The notes beneath the pieces are model-generated. The model was not told the origin of the DNA. It worked only from the letters and a program-made list of their open reading frames with translations, and made no database searches. From Candidatus Omnitrophota bacterium (GTDB taxonomy: Bacteria > Omnitrophota > Gorgyraeia > Gygaellales > Profunditerraquicolaceae): a DNA stretch of 64,000 bases. The first letter of the stretch is position 1; each line of letters starts with the position of its first letter. Positions 1-7,772 of this stretch are shown here, one piece after another. The position numbers and the translations under genes were made by a program. The stretch covers positions 7,969 through 71,968 of the forward strand of contig JAGVER010000007.1 in NCBI GenBank assembly GCA_020058085.1, written 5' to 3'.

Positions 1-93
1 TATCTATAATCATGAGCTATATTGCCATGTGCACCAGCTGCTAGCGCTTCAAAGCGGTACCACTAAATCTTTAAACCACAAAAAAATAAAGAA

Positions 94-1323
94 ATGATGA
101 AAAATATTGCTGAAGGCAGCCCTACGTTCTATGGCTTAGGTATTGCGCCAAAGATTCTTGATATCTTAGAGCGCATAAAGTTTAAGGTGCCGACACCTAT
201 TCAATTGAAGGCAATTCCACTTGCTATTGAAGGTAAGGATCTTATCGGTATTGCGCAAACCGGTACAGGTAAAACTCACTCTTTCGCTATTCCTATGGTA
301 CAACGCCTTGCGCAGAAGAGTGGAATTGGTTTAGTGCTTGCTCCCACGCGTGAGTTAGCTATTCAGATTGATGAGGTTTTCCAGGAGATTGCACGTTCAT
401 TCGGGATGAAGACCGCTTGTTTAATCGGCGGAGCGCCTATGCCGCCTCAAGTTCAGGCATTACGCAGGAATCCCCGTATTGTAATTGCGACTCCCGGCAG
501 GCTGATTGATCATATGGGCCAGTGGAATTTTATGCCTAACGAGGTAGGGATACTTGTGCTTGATGAAGCAGACCGGATGTTGGATATGGGATTTGCTCCG
601 CAGATAAACAAAATTCTGAAATTTCTCCCTAAGGAGAGGCAAACTATGCTTTTTTCAGCAACTATTCCTAAGGAAATCATGGATATCGTTGCAACCTATA
701 TGAAACTGCCGGTTTCAGTTGAAATTGCTCCATCTGGAACTACGGTAAAAGATGTAACTCAGGAATTATTTATTGTTAAAAAAGAGGCTAAATTGCGTTT
801 ATTAAGTAAATTACTTGCGCAATATAAGGGCCCGGTGCTTTTGTTTTCCCGCACCAAACATAATGCGCGTAAAATTACTACGTCAATTCGGGAGATGAGA
901 TATAGCGCAGCGGAAATTCATTCTAATCGTTCGCTTGGCCAACGTAGGGAAGCTCTCGATGGATTTAAATCCGGCAGGTACAAGGTCTTGGTTGCTACAG
1001 ATATCGCTTCTAGGGGTATTGATGTAACCGGCATAGAGCTGGTTGTCAATTATGATCTTCCTGAAGATGCGGAGAATTATGTGCATCGTATCGGCCGAAC
1101 TGCCCGTGCAGGGCATAAGGGGCACGCAATTTCTTTTGCTACGCCTGATCAGAGCAGCGATGTCAGGGATATTGAGAAACTTATTCGCTCGACGCTTCCT
1201 ATATCGAGACACCCCGAAATCCCTCCGGAAAGGTTCATCGAATCTAGCCGCGAAGCGCCACGTAAGCATATAAATCCCAGAGGACGCCATCCTCAAAATC
1301 GTTATAAATTTCGTCCACGTTAA
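94..1323 (+). CDS. DEAD-box ATP-dependent RNA helicase (RhlE-like)
   Basis: Motifs AQTGTGKT (I), PTRELA (Ia), VLDEADRMLD (II), SAT (III), HRIGRTARAG (VI); basic C-terminal tail. Confidence 0.9.
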   Translation: MMKNIAEGSPTFYGLGIAPKILDILERIKFKVPTPIQLKAIPLAIEGKDLIGIAQTGTGKTHSFAIPMVQRLAQKSGIGLVLAPTRELAIQIDEVFQEIARSFGMKTACLIGGAPMPPQVQALRRNPRIVIATPGRLIDHMGQWNFMPNEVGILVLDEADRMLDMGFAPQINKILKFLPKERQTMLFSATIPKEIMDIVATYMKLPVSVEIAPSGTTVKDVTQELFIVKKEAKLRLLSKLLAQYKGPVLLFSRTKHNARKITTSIREMRYSAAEIHSNRSLGQRREALDGFKSGRYKVLVATDIASRGIDVTGIELVVNYDLPEDAENYVHRIGRTARAGHKGHAISFATPDQSSDVRDIEKLIRSTLPISRHPEIPPERFIESSREAPRKHINPRGRHPQNRYKFRPR

Positions 1324-1331
1324 TCCCGCCA

Positions 1332-1434
1332 TACTTGATCTCACTATTGTTCGGTCAGTTCCTTGTTGCCTGCGGCAACAAGGATTTCGCTAAATCAAAC
1401 CTTAAGGAGCTCAAATACGAATAGTTGACAAAAC
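1332..1434 (+). repeat. Intergenic repeat family F1, copy A; carries an extra 10-bp hairpin (1361-1383) and ends in a TTGACA box
   Basis: Aligns by eye with 41469-41539: acttgayctcact..gttcggtca..atttcgctaratcaa..cttaaggwgctcaa..ttgacaaaa. Both copies start just after a stop codon. Confidence 0.6.
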
Positions 1435-1453
1435 CATTCCACTAAGTTACAAT
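1425..1453 (+). promoter_or_regulatory. Sigma70-type promoter candidate for the hydrogenase operon
   Basis: TTGACA (1425-1430), 17-nt spacer, TACAAT (1448-1453). Confidence 0.5.
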
Positions 1454-1485
1454 ACTTTCTAAGCTTAAAGTAATAACTCCCCTAG

Positions 1486-1520
1486 AAAACAAGATTTTCC
1501 TTGTTTTATTTATTTTTTTT
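1486..1520 (+). terminator. Terminator-like AT-rich hairpin plus T-run in the operon leader (possible attenuator)
   Basis: aaaacaag/cttgtttt 8-bp stem, loop attttc, then atttatttttttt; lies between the promoter candidate and the first ORF. Confidence 0.3.
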
Positions 1521-1552
1521 GCTAGAATTAAATAATTATTTTCTCCTTATTT

Positions 1553-1849
1553 ATGCACGACACCCATCTATTAAGAAACATTTTCAAATATTTCGAGAGT
1601 CAGGAGAAATTATCTTCGCGTAAAATAAAGAGGGTTCATTTTTCTATATCTGAATTTGGGAGCTTAAATAAGGAGCATTTTCTTGAGCATTACAAGCAGG
1701 CAACTAGCGGTAGTAAATGGCAAGACATAGAAATAGCAGTTGATAGTATACCTTTTGGCCCGGAATTAGAGATTACCGGATTAGAGTTTGAAGTAAAAAT
1801 GGAGGCTGATAAAAGTGAAATATGCGAGCTTAAAGAAAACAAATCTTAA
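1553..1849 (+). CDS. hypA: HypA-like nickel metallochaperone lacking the zinc-finger cysteines
   Basis: N-terminal MHD (HypA has MHE), KRVHFSISEFGSL resembles the HypA core, and it sits ahead of the hydrogenase genes. No CxxC pairs and no obvious SD. Confidence 0.45.
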   Translation: MHDTHLLRNIFKYFESQEKLSSRKIKRVHFSISEFGSLNKEHFLEHYKQATSGSKWQDIEIAVDSIPFGPELEITGLEFEVKMEADKSEICELKENKS

Positions 1850-2849
1850 TAATTGGCTTGAATATCTAAAGAAGAAAGCAAAGTTTTATGCCCCGCGCAA
1901 AAAGGAAAACCTTTTTGTCTTCCGTCCGGTAAAAGACGTAGCAGATATCTGTCTTGAGTATATCCCCACTATTCTTCCTCCAAAGAAATATTATTTCCCG
2001 CAAAAAGAGAGATTACTTAGATTCAGAGCGCAGCCATTTAAGACCGCAAAGGCCATTGATAAATTTGAAGAGTTCATTCTTTTCGGGGTGCACACCTGCG
2101 ACATCGCAGGAATCCAGTGTATGGATGTGGTCTTTAGGGATGGTCCGGAAGATCCAAATTATCTAAATAGAAAAGATATGATGACTATTATCGGCATAGA
2201 GTGTTTAAAATATTGCGATAAATACGCTAATTGCGCTTCTATGGGTAATCATATTCCCCGTGGCGGATACGATTTAATGATGGTAGATATTGGAGATGAA
2301 TTTATTATACATATTAATTCGGAAAAGGGTGAGAAGTTGGTCAAGGAAGTCGATTTTATTAAAGAGGCCACAGAAAGCGAGATGGTTACCCTTGGGCGTA
2401 TCAGGGAAGAAAAAAATGAGATATTTAAAGAGGAATTCTACGCGTCGCTTCCAAAAGTCTACGAGTCCTTTGATAAATCTTTTGTTTCCGAAGTCTGGAA
2501 GGATCTGGGTAAAAAATGCGTAGGCTGCGGAAATTGCACAGCAGTTTGCCCGACCTGCTATTGTTTTGATGTGAGCGATGAAATGGAACTTAATCTGAAT
2601 GACGGATTGCGGTATCGGATTTGGAACTCTTGCCAGATGGATGATTTTGCTAAAGTAGCCGGTGGTGAAGATTTTCGTAAGGGAAGAGAAAGTCGGCAAA
2701 GGCACCGTTATTATAGAAAATTTAAATATCCGGTTGATAAATTTAACAGATATTTTTGTACCGGTTGCGGCCGTTGCACGCGCACCTGTATGGCAGGAAT
2801 TAGTTTGATTGACACGGTGAATGCGCTTACGCCCGTTTCTATTGATTAG
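1815..2849 (+). CDS. Group 3b [NiFe]-hydrogenase beta subunit (AsrA-like 4Fe-4S protein)
   Basis: GTG start with GGAGG 8 nt upstream; N-terminus resembles the Pyrococcus sulfhydrogenase beta subunit; CVGCGNCTAVCPTCYCFD and CTGCGRCTRTCMAG ferredoxin motifs. Confidence 0.85.
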   Translation: MKYASLKKTNLNNWLEYLKKKAKFYAPRKKENLFVFRPVKDVADICLEYIPTILPPKKYYFPQKERLLRFRAQPFKTAKAIDKFEEFILFGVHTCDIAGIQCMDVVFRDGPEDPNYLNRKDMMTIIGIECLKYCDKYANCASMGNHIPRGGYDLMMVDIGDEFIIHINSEKGEKLVKEVDFIKEATESEMVTLGRIREEKNEIFKEEFYASLPKVYESFDKSFVSEVWKDLGKKCVGCGNCTAVCPTCYCFDVSDEMELNLNDGLRYRIWNSCQMDDFAKVAGGEDFRKGRESRQRHRYYRKFKYPVDKFNRYFCTGCGRCTRTCMAGISLIDTVNALTPVSID

Positions 2850-2863
2850 TTTATTTGGTATTT

Positions 2864-2919
2864 AAAAGGCACCCAATTCTAAAGGGATGAATTGGTGCCC
2901 ATAACTATGGGAGAGACCG
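2864..2919 (+). promoter_or_regulatory. GGCACC leader motif, copy 1 (hairpin plus SD-containing tail)
   Basis: aaaaGGCACCCAATTC-taaagggat-GAATTGGTGCC-CATAACTATGGGAGAG, ending 4 nt before ATG 2920; the same architecture occurs at 55831 and 56543. Confidence 0.6.
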
Positions 2920-3786
2920 ATGATTGACCGAGAGATTCTTTTGGAGAAAATGAAGACTTCTCCTTATAAGCCGATGCAAGGTAAGATAATCGGCTCCGAG
3001 ATGCTTACGGACAAGGAGAAGATTTTTCGTATTGAACTCGAAGATAAAATAAATCTCGCTCATGAACCGGGGCAATTTGTGATGGTTTCTATCTTTGGTT
3101 TTGGAGAGGCGCCCATCTCTGTATGTTCTTCGCCGAGCGATAAAGGTTATTTTGAGATTACCGTGAGAAATGTCGGCGTGCTTACCGATAAACTGCATAA
3201 ATTGGATAAGGGAGATATAGTGGGAATCCGTGGACCATTTGGCAAGGGTTTTCCTGTTGATAATATGTTCGGATATGACATTATGATTGTCGCCGGTGGA
3301 TTAGGAATTGTGCCTTTGCGTTCTTTAATCCGCTATATTATGTTTCACCGTAATGACTTTGGAAATGTGCAGATGCTTTTAGGTTGTAAAACTCCGAGAG
3401 AACTTTTATTTGAAGTTGAGACAAAAGATTGGATGCGTAGGGCAGAGATAAAGTTTAACTGTACCGTAGACACGGGAGCGCCGGACTGGAAAGGAAACGT
3501 TGGCTTAATCACCACTTTAATTCCTAATGTTGATATTAACCCCATGCGTACTTACGTAGTGGTAGTTGGGCCTCCGATTATGTATAAATTTGTCATTGTA
3601 AAGCTTTTGGAGAAAAAGATACCTGATCATCAGATCATTGTTTCTTTGGAGCGTAGGATGAAATGCGGTTTGGGTAAGTGTGGCCATTGCCAGATCGAAG
3701 GCATGTATGTTTGTCAATCTGGTCCGGTTTTTAATTACGCGCAGTTAAAGAATTTTAAAGGAGAGTGTCATGAAAAAGCAATCTAA
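2920..3786 (+). CDS. Group 3b [NiFe]-hydrogenase gamma subunit (FAD/NAD(P)-binding, 2Fe-2S; AsrB/PyrK-like)
   Basis: RGPFGKGF, VAGGLGIVPLRS nucleotide-binding motifs; C-terminal CGLGKCGHCQ...C cluster. Confidence 0.85.
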   Translation: MIDREILLEKMKTSPYKPMQGKIIGSEMLTDKEKIFRIELEDKINLAHEPGQFVMVSIFGFGEAPISVCSSPSDKGYFEITVRNVGVLTDKLHKLDKGDIVGIRGPFGKGFPVDNMFGYDIMIVAGGLGIVPLRSLIRYIMFHRNDFGNVQMLLGCKTPRELLFEVETKDWMRRAEIKFNCTVDTGAPDWKGNVGLITTLIPNVDINPMRTYVVVVGPPIMYKFVIVKLLEKKIPDHQIIVSLERRMKCGLGKCGHCQIEGMYVCQSGPVFNYAQLKNFKGECHEKAI

Positions 3787-4534
3787 GCCAAGGCTGGCTT
3801 TTTTTGATTTTACTGATTGTGAAGGCTGCCAGTTGCAGTTTGCTAATTTGGGTGGCACCTTATTAGAGCTTTTGGAGTTAGTGGATATCGTTAATTTCCG
3901 TGAAATTATCTCTGAGGCTGCAGAGGATTATGATATTGCTTTTATTGAAGGTAGTATCACTACGGATAATGATGTCTTACGCATTAAGAAAATAAGGGAT
4001 AAGGCTAAGGTATTGGTGGCATTAGGTTCGTGCGCAACTATCGGAGGAGTAAACGGAATTAAAAATCGTTCTTCTCTGGAATTGGCCAAGAAAATAGTCT
4101 ATGGTGATAAAGCAAGCACAATCAATACTATCAAAACCATGCCGGTGCATGAAGTTGTTTCTGTAGATTATACGATTAATGGCTGTCCGGTTTATCTACC
4201 TGAAGTTGTCAGCGTAGTAAAATGTCTGCTTATGGGTAAACCTTATGTTGTTCCTAATTATCCGGTTTGTAGCGAGTGTAAAATGAATGAGAATGTTTGC
4301 CGTTATGAGAAAGATCAGGAGTGCATGGGTACAGTAACTAGGGCAGGATGTAACTCTTGGTGTATTAATAATGGTAATCGTTGTTACGGTTGCCGTGGGC
4401 TAGTGGATAATCCGGCAGCAGATGCGCAAAAAGATATATTGAGTAAATATGGATTAAAGCTTGAGGATGTTCTAAAGCATTTTACCTTATATAATGATTC
4501 TATGGGGGAGAAATATGACCAAGAGTTTAAATAA
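3770..4534 (+). CDS. Group 3b [NiFe]-hydrogenase small (delta) subunit
   Basis: FTDCEGCQ, GSCATIGG and a C-terminal Cys-rich FeS region; sits between the gamma and large subunits. Confidence 0.85.
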   Translation: MKKQSKPRLAFFDFTDCEGCQLQFANLGGTLLELLELVDIVNFREIISEAAEDYDIAFIEGSITTDNDVLRIKKIRDKAKVLVALGSCATIGGVNGIKNRSSLELAKKIVYGDKASTINTIKTMPVHEVVSVDYTINGCPVYLPEVVSVVKCLLMGKPYVVPNYPVCSECKMNENVCRYEKDQECMGTVTRAGCNSWCINNGNRCYGCRGLVDNPAADAQKDILSKYGLKLEDVLKHFTLYNDSMGEKYDQEFK

Positions 4535-5864
4535 GATAGATTCTCAAAACGTAAAAGTAGATGTGCATTATCTGACTAGGGTAGAGGGTCATGGCAATAT
4601 TGTGGTTGACGTAAAAGAGGGCAAGTTAACTAAATGCGAGTTTCAGGTAATTGAGTCTCCGCGTTTCTTTGAGTCAATGCTGGTAGGTAGGTCTATCTGG
4701 GAAGCGCAGCATTTAACTAGCCGTATTTGCGGTATCTGCGCCTGTGGGCATACGCTGGCGAGTATCAGGGCAGCCGAGGATGCTTTAGGTGTAAAACCAT
4801 CAGATGAAGTGGTTATGCTTAGAAAACTTTTACTTAACACTGAAATGTTAGATAGTCATATCCTGCACATTTATATTCTGGTTGCCCCGGATTTATTGGG
4901 GGTAAAGAGTATTGTGCCTTTGATTAAGACGCATCGGCCGGTAATTGAGATGGCTTTGCGTATGAAGCGGATGAGTGACTATGGCGGAGAAGTGCTTGCG
5001 GGCAGGCATATTCATCCTATAAGTTATGTCATCGGCGGGCTTACTCAACTTCCTTCGCGTGAAGGCCTAGAGAAGTTATACAATTTAATGTTAGAATCGC
5101 GTAAAGATGGCGAGGAAACAGTAAAAATAATTAAGACATTGAAGTTTCCGGAGTTTGAGAGGCCGACACAATATATGTCGCTTACTTCTGACGATGAATA
5201 TGCTATCTATGATGGAGATTTAGTGGTCAACGGAATAAAGAGCAAGGTGCGCGATTACCGTAAACTTTTTATGGAATCAGTAGTGGATTATTCCCGGGCT
5301 AAGATATCCAAGATTAATGGAAAATCTTACGCTGTAGGTGCGCTGGCGCGTTTTAATAATAATTTTGACAAGTTACACAAAAAGGCAAAAGCAGTGGCAA
5401 AAGAATTAGGCTTAAAGGCGCCATGCCATAATCCTTACCTTAATACAGCAGCACAGCTGGTAGAATGGGTGCATTGCTTGGAAGATTCAATTACTATACT
5501 TGAGAAGATTTTAAAAGACGGCTTAAGCGAAGAGAAGGTAGTTGTATCCTCTTGGCCGAAGAGAAGTGAGATGGGTAAGATTAAGTATAAATCAAACACC
5601 GGTGTGGGTTGCGTTGAGGTTCCCCGGGGTTCTTTGTTCCATGAGTATACTATAGATGAGGCTGCCCACATTACTGCTGCTAACTGCGTGATTCCCACTA
5701 ACCAAAATATGGGCAACTTAGAGGATGATATGCGTAAGATTGTGCCGGAGCTATTAGGCAAAAAGAGCCAGGAGGAGATTACTCTTGACCTTGAGATGTT
5801 AGCCCGCGCATATGATCCATGCATATCCTGTGCTACCCATCTTCTGGATGTAAAGTTCGAATAA
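4515..5864 (+). CDS. Group 3b [NiFe]-hydrogenase large (alpha) subunit
   Basis: N-terminal RICGICACGH and C-terminal DPCISCATH Ni-Fe ligand motifs. Start moved to ATG 4515, which follows GGGGGAG (the ORF track starts at 4494). Confidence 0.92.
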   Translation: MTKSLNKIDSQNVKVDVHYLTRVEGHGNIVVDVKEGKLTKCEFQVIESPRFFESMLVGRSIWEAQHLTSRICGICACGHTLASIRAAEDALGVKPSDEVVMLRKLLLNTEMLDSHILHIYILVAPDLLGVKSIVPLIKTHRPVIEMALRMKRMSDYGGEVLAGRHIHPISYVIGGLTQLPSREGLEKLYNLMLESRKDGEETVKIIKTLKFPEFERPTQYMSLTSDDEYAIYDGDLVVNGIKSKVRDYRKLFMESVVDYSRAKISKINGKSYAVGALARFNNNFDKLHKKAKAVAKELGLKAPCHNPYLNTAAQLVEWVHCLEDSITILEKILKDGLSEEKVVVSSWPKRSEMGKIKYKSNTGVGCVEVPRGSLFHEYTIDEAAHITAANCVIPTNQNMGNLEDDMRKIVPELLGKKSQEEITLDLEMLARAYDPCISCATHLLDVKFE

Positions 5865-5915
5865 AGTTTTCATTAATGAAAACTTTATTCGATTCCGCAG
5901 CACATTGCTGTGGAA
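5861..5915 (+). other. Two adjacent hairpins between the large subunit and the protease gene
   Basis: Perfect 26-nt palindrome taaagttttcatt/aatgaaaacttta (5861-5886) overlapping the stop codon; attccgcagca-cat-tgctgtggaat (5891-5915); no T-run follows. Confidence 0.45.
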
Positions 5916-5935
5916 TCTTAAGGTTATAGCAGACT

Positions 5936-6412
5936 TTGTTATCCAATAAAATTGCTGTAATAGGCCTGGGTAATACTTTAAGGAGAGATGACGGAATCGG
6001 CATAATTATTCTGGAATCCCTCCTTAATCATTATAAGCATGAAGCTATAGATTATCTTAACTTCGGCATAGCTAGTTTTGATCTTATACATCGCTTGCAG
6101 AATTATAATGTAGCTTTGCTTATTGATGGTATAGCAGCAGGCCTGCCTGCAGGGGAATTAAGGATATTCGGTTTAGAAGAAGCTTTTTTTATCGAAAGAG
6201 ATGGCCAGGAGGTGATGGTTTCATCCCATGAGTTAAATCTCAAAGATATTTTCAGATTGACGCGTAACCTGGGGATAAAGACTAAGATTTATGTGGCAGG
6301 AATACAAATAGAGGACATTGGCTTTGGCGAATCCTTAAGCGATTTGCTTAAAGAAAAGCTGGCTGGGATCATAAGGCAGATTGATAAGTTTATACAGGAA
6401 AGGTTACTTTAG
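5936..6412 (+). CDS. Hydrogenase maturation endopeptidase (HycI/HoxW/FrhD family)
   Basis: TTG start; VIGLGNTLRRDDGIG signature; SSHE His region; immediately downstream of the large subunit. Confidence 0.85.
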   Translation: MLSNKIAVIGLGNTLRRDDGIGIIILESLLNHYKHEAIDYLNFGIASFDLIHRLQNYNVALLIDGIAAGLPAGELRIFGLEEAFFIERDGQEVMVSSHELNLKDIFRLTRNLGIKTKIYVAGIQIEDIGFGESLSDLLKEKLAGIIRQIDKFIQERLL

Positions 6413-6417
6413 ATAAA

Positions 6418-7719
6418 ATGTGTTATGCCATTCCGGGGAAAGTAGAAGGTATAGTAGGGAACACGGTAATCGTTGACTATTTTGGTGAGAAGCGTAGGGC
6501 GCTTAATGAGTTGACGCAGGTTAATGTCGGCGATTATATCTATGCGCAGGGAGGATTTGTAGTAAACAAAATCTCTAGCTCTGAAGCAGAAAGCATTCTT
6601 TCTCTATGGAAAGAAACATTTTTTCGGCTACAGGAGGTAGACTTAAAGCTTTCGCATTTGCAATTGAAAGATAAAGACGTAAACAAAGTTTTACTTGAGA
6701 TATTAGATAAGGCTAGCCAGTCGAATGAGCTTACGCGTCAAGAGCTCTTATATTTGCTAAGGTTAGAAGATAAGAGACAGCTCGATTTGCTTTTTAAAAC
6801 TGCGAATTTCTTACGTCAAAAATATCACAAGAATTCCTGCTGTGTGCATGGAATAATTGAGATATCTAACTACTGTATTCGGGGATGTCAGTATTGCGGG
6901 ATATCTCATTATAATAAAGAGTTACAACGTTATCGTATGACAAAGAATGAAATTCTAGAAAGTGCACAGGTAGCTGTCCAGGAATATGGTTTTAAATCCT
7001 TGGTTCTGCAAAGCGGTGAAGATCCGGGATATAGTATTGATGAGTTAGCGGATATAATTAAAGAGATAAAGGATAAATTTCCTACATTAATCTTTATCAG
7101 CTTCGGAGAGATCGGTATAGACGGTCTGGAAAAACTTTATTCTGCTGGTGCGCGAGGTTTGCTTATGCGTTTTGAGACCTCAAATCCTAAGCTCTACGAG
7201 GGTATCCATCCCGGCCAGACCTTAGAGAGCAGGTTAAAGCATATAAAGAAAGCTTATGAAATGGGGTATATGATTATAACCGGGGGTTTAATCGGTCTAC
7301 CCGGGCAAAGCAAAGAAGATATTTTGAATGATATACTCCTAGCTCAAGAATTGCATGCGGAGATGTTTAGTTTTGGTCCATTCATCCCGCACCCCTATAC
7401 GCCTCTCTCAGGATTAAATCCGGCTGATCAGAGAGAAGTGATTAAAGTTCTTGCTTTAGCTAGAATCATTGATAATGCCCACGCTAAGATTTTAGTTACT
7501 ACGGCCCTAGAGACTCTAAGTAGGGAAGCGGCAAAGAGCGGTATGCTTGCCGGAGCAAATTCGTTGATGCTTAATGCTACTCCTATAGCCTATCGGCCAC
7601 TATATTCTATCTATCCTAATCGTGCACATCAATCTGAAGATATTGTTTTTCAGATTGAATCTACAGTATCCTTGTTACGGTCTTTAGGTCGCGCCCCAAC
7701 TGACCTGGAATTAATCTAA
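6418..7719 (+). CDS. hydE: HypC-like domain fused to radical SAM [FeFe]-hydrogenase maturase HydE
   Basis: Residues 1-75 (MCYAIPGKVEGIVGNTVIVDYFG..GDYIYAQGGFVV) match the HypC/HupF pattern, including Cys2. The rest aligns with Thermotoga HydE: CIRGCQYCG, RYRMT, VLQSGEDP, GLPGQ, GPFIPHPYTPL. Confidence 0.8.
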   Translation: MCYAIPGKVEGIVGNTVIVDYFGEKRRALNELTQVNVGDYIYAQGGFVVNKISSSEAESILSLWKETFFRLQEVDLKLSHLQLKDKDVNKVLLEILDKASQSNELTRQELLYLLRLEDKRQLDLLFKTANFLRQKYHKNSCCVHGIIEISNYCIRGCQYCGISHYNKELQRYRMTKNEILESAQVAVQEYGFKSLVLQSGEDPGYSIDELADIIKEIKDKFPTLIFISFGEIGIDGLEKLYSAGARGLLMRFETSNPKLYEGIHPGQTLESRLKHIKKAYEMGYMIITGGLIGLPGQSKEDILNDILLAQELHAEMFSFGPFIPHPYTPLSGLNPADQREVIKVLALARIIDNAHAKILVTTALETLSREAAKSGMLAGANSLMLNATPIAYRPLYSIYPNRAHQSEDIVFQIESTVSLLRSLGRAPTDLELI

Positions 7720-7772
7720 TTTTGTGAAATAAGGGGCAAAAATAACCAAAAGTTAGAAAATTAAGGAGTTTA

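Noticed and set aside
1-93. Possible tRNA or other RNA gene at the left edge
   Set aside because: No T-loop (GTTCRANYC) or cloverleaf could be drawn on either strand. The segment contains only short weak hairpins and an A-rich run before the helicase start.
883-1344. All minus-strand ORFs in the track (for example 883-1344, 17142-17576, 33368-33787, 38648-39109, 50446-50865)
   Set aside because: Each is nested antisense to a + strand gene with strong family motifs, lacks an SD, and has shadow-ORF composition. None shows a recognisable domain.
2864-2885. Reading the GGCAC core of the leader motif as a sigma-54 (-24/-12) promoter
   Set aside because: GGCAC is followed at the correct spacing by TCTA/TATA/TTTA/CCTA, not the conserved TTGC(A/T) -12 element. 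The paired GGTGCC arm and the compensatory stem changes fit RNA structure better.
4494-4514. Upstream ATG (4494) as the start of the hydrogenase large subunit
   Set aside because: ATG 4515 is preceded by GGGGGAG at proper spacing, and the product then begins like other group 3 large subunits. The 4494 start adds 7 residues with no RBS.
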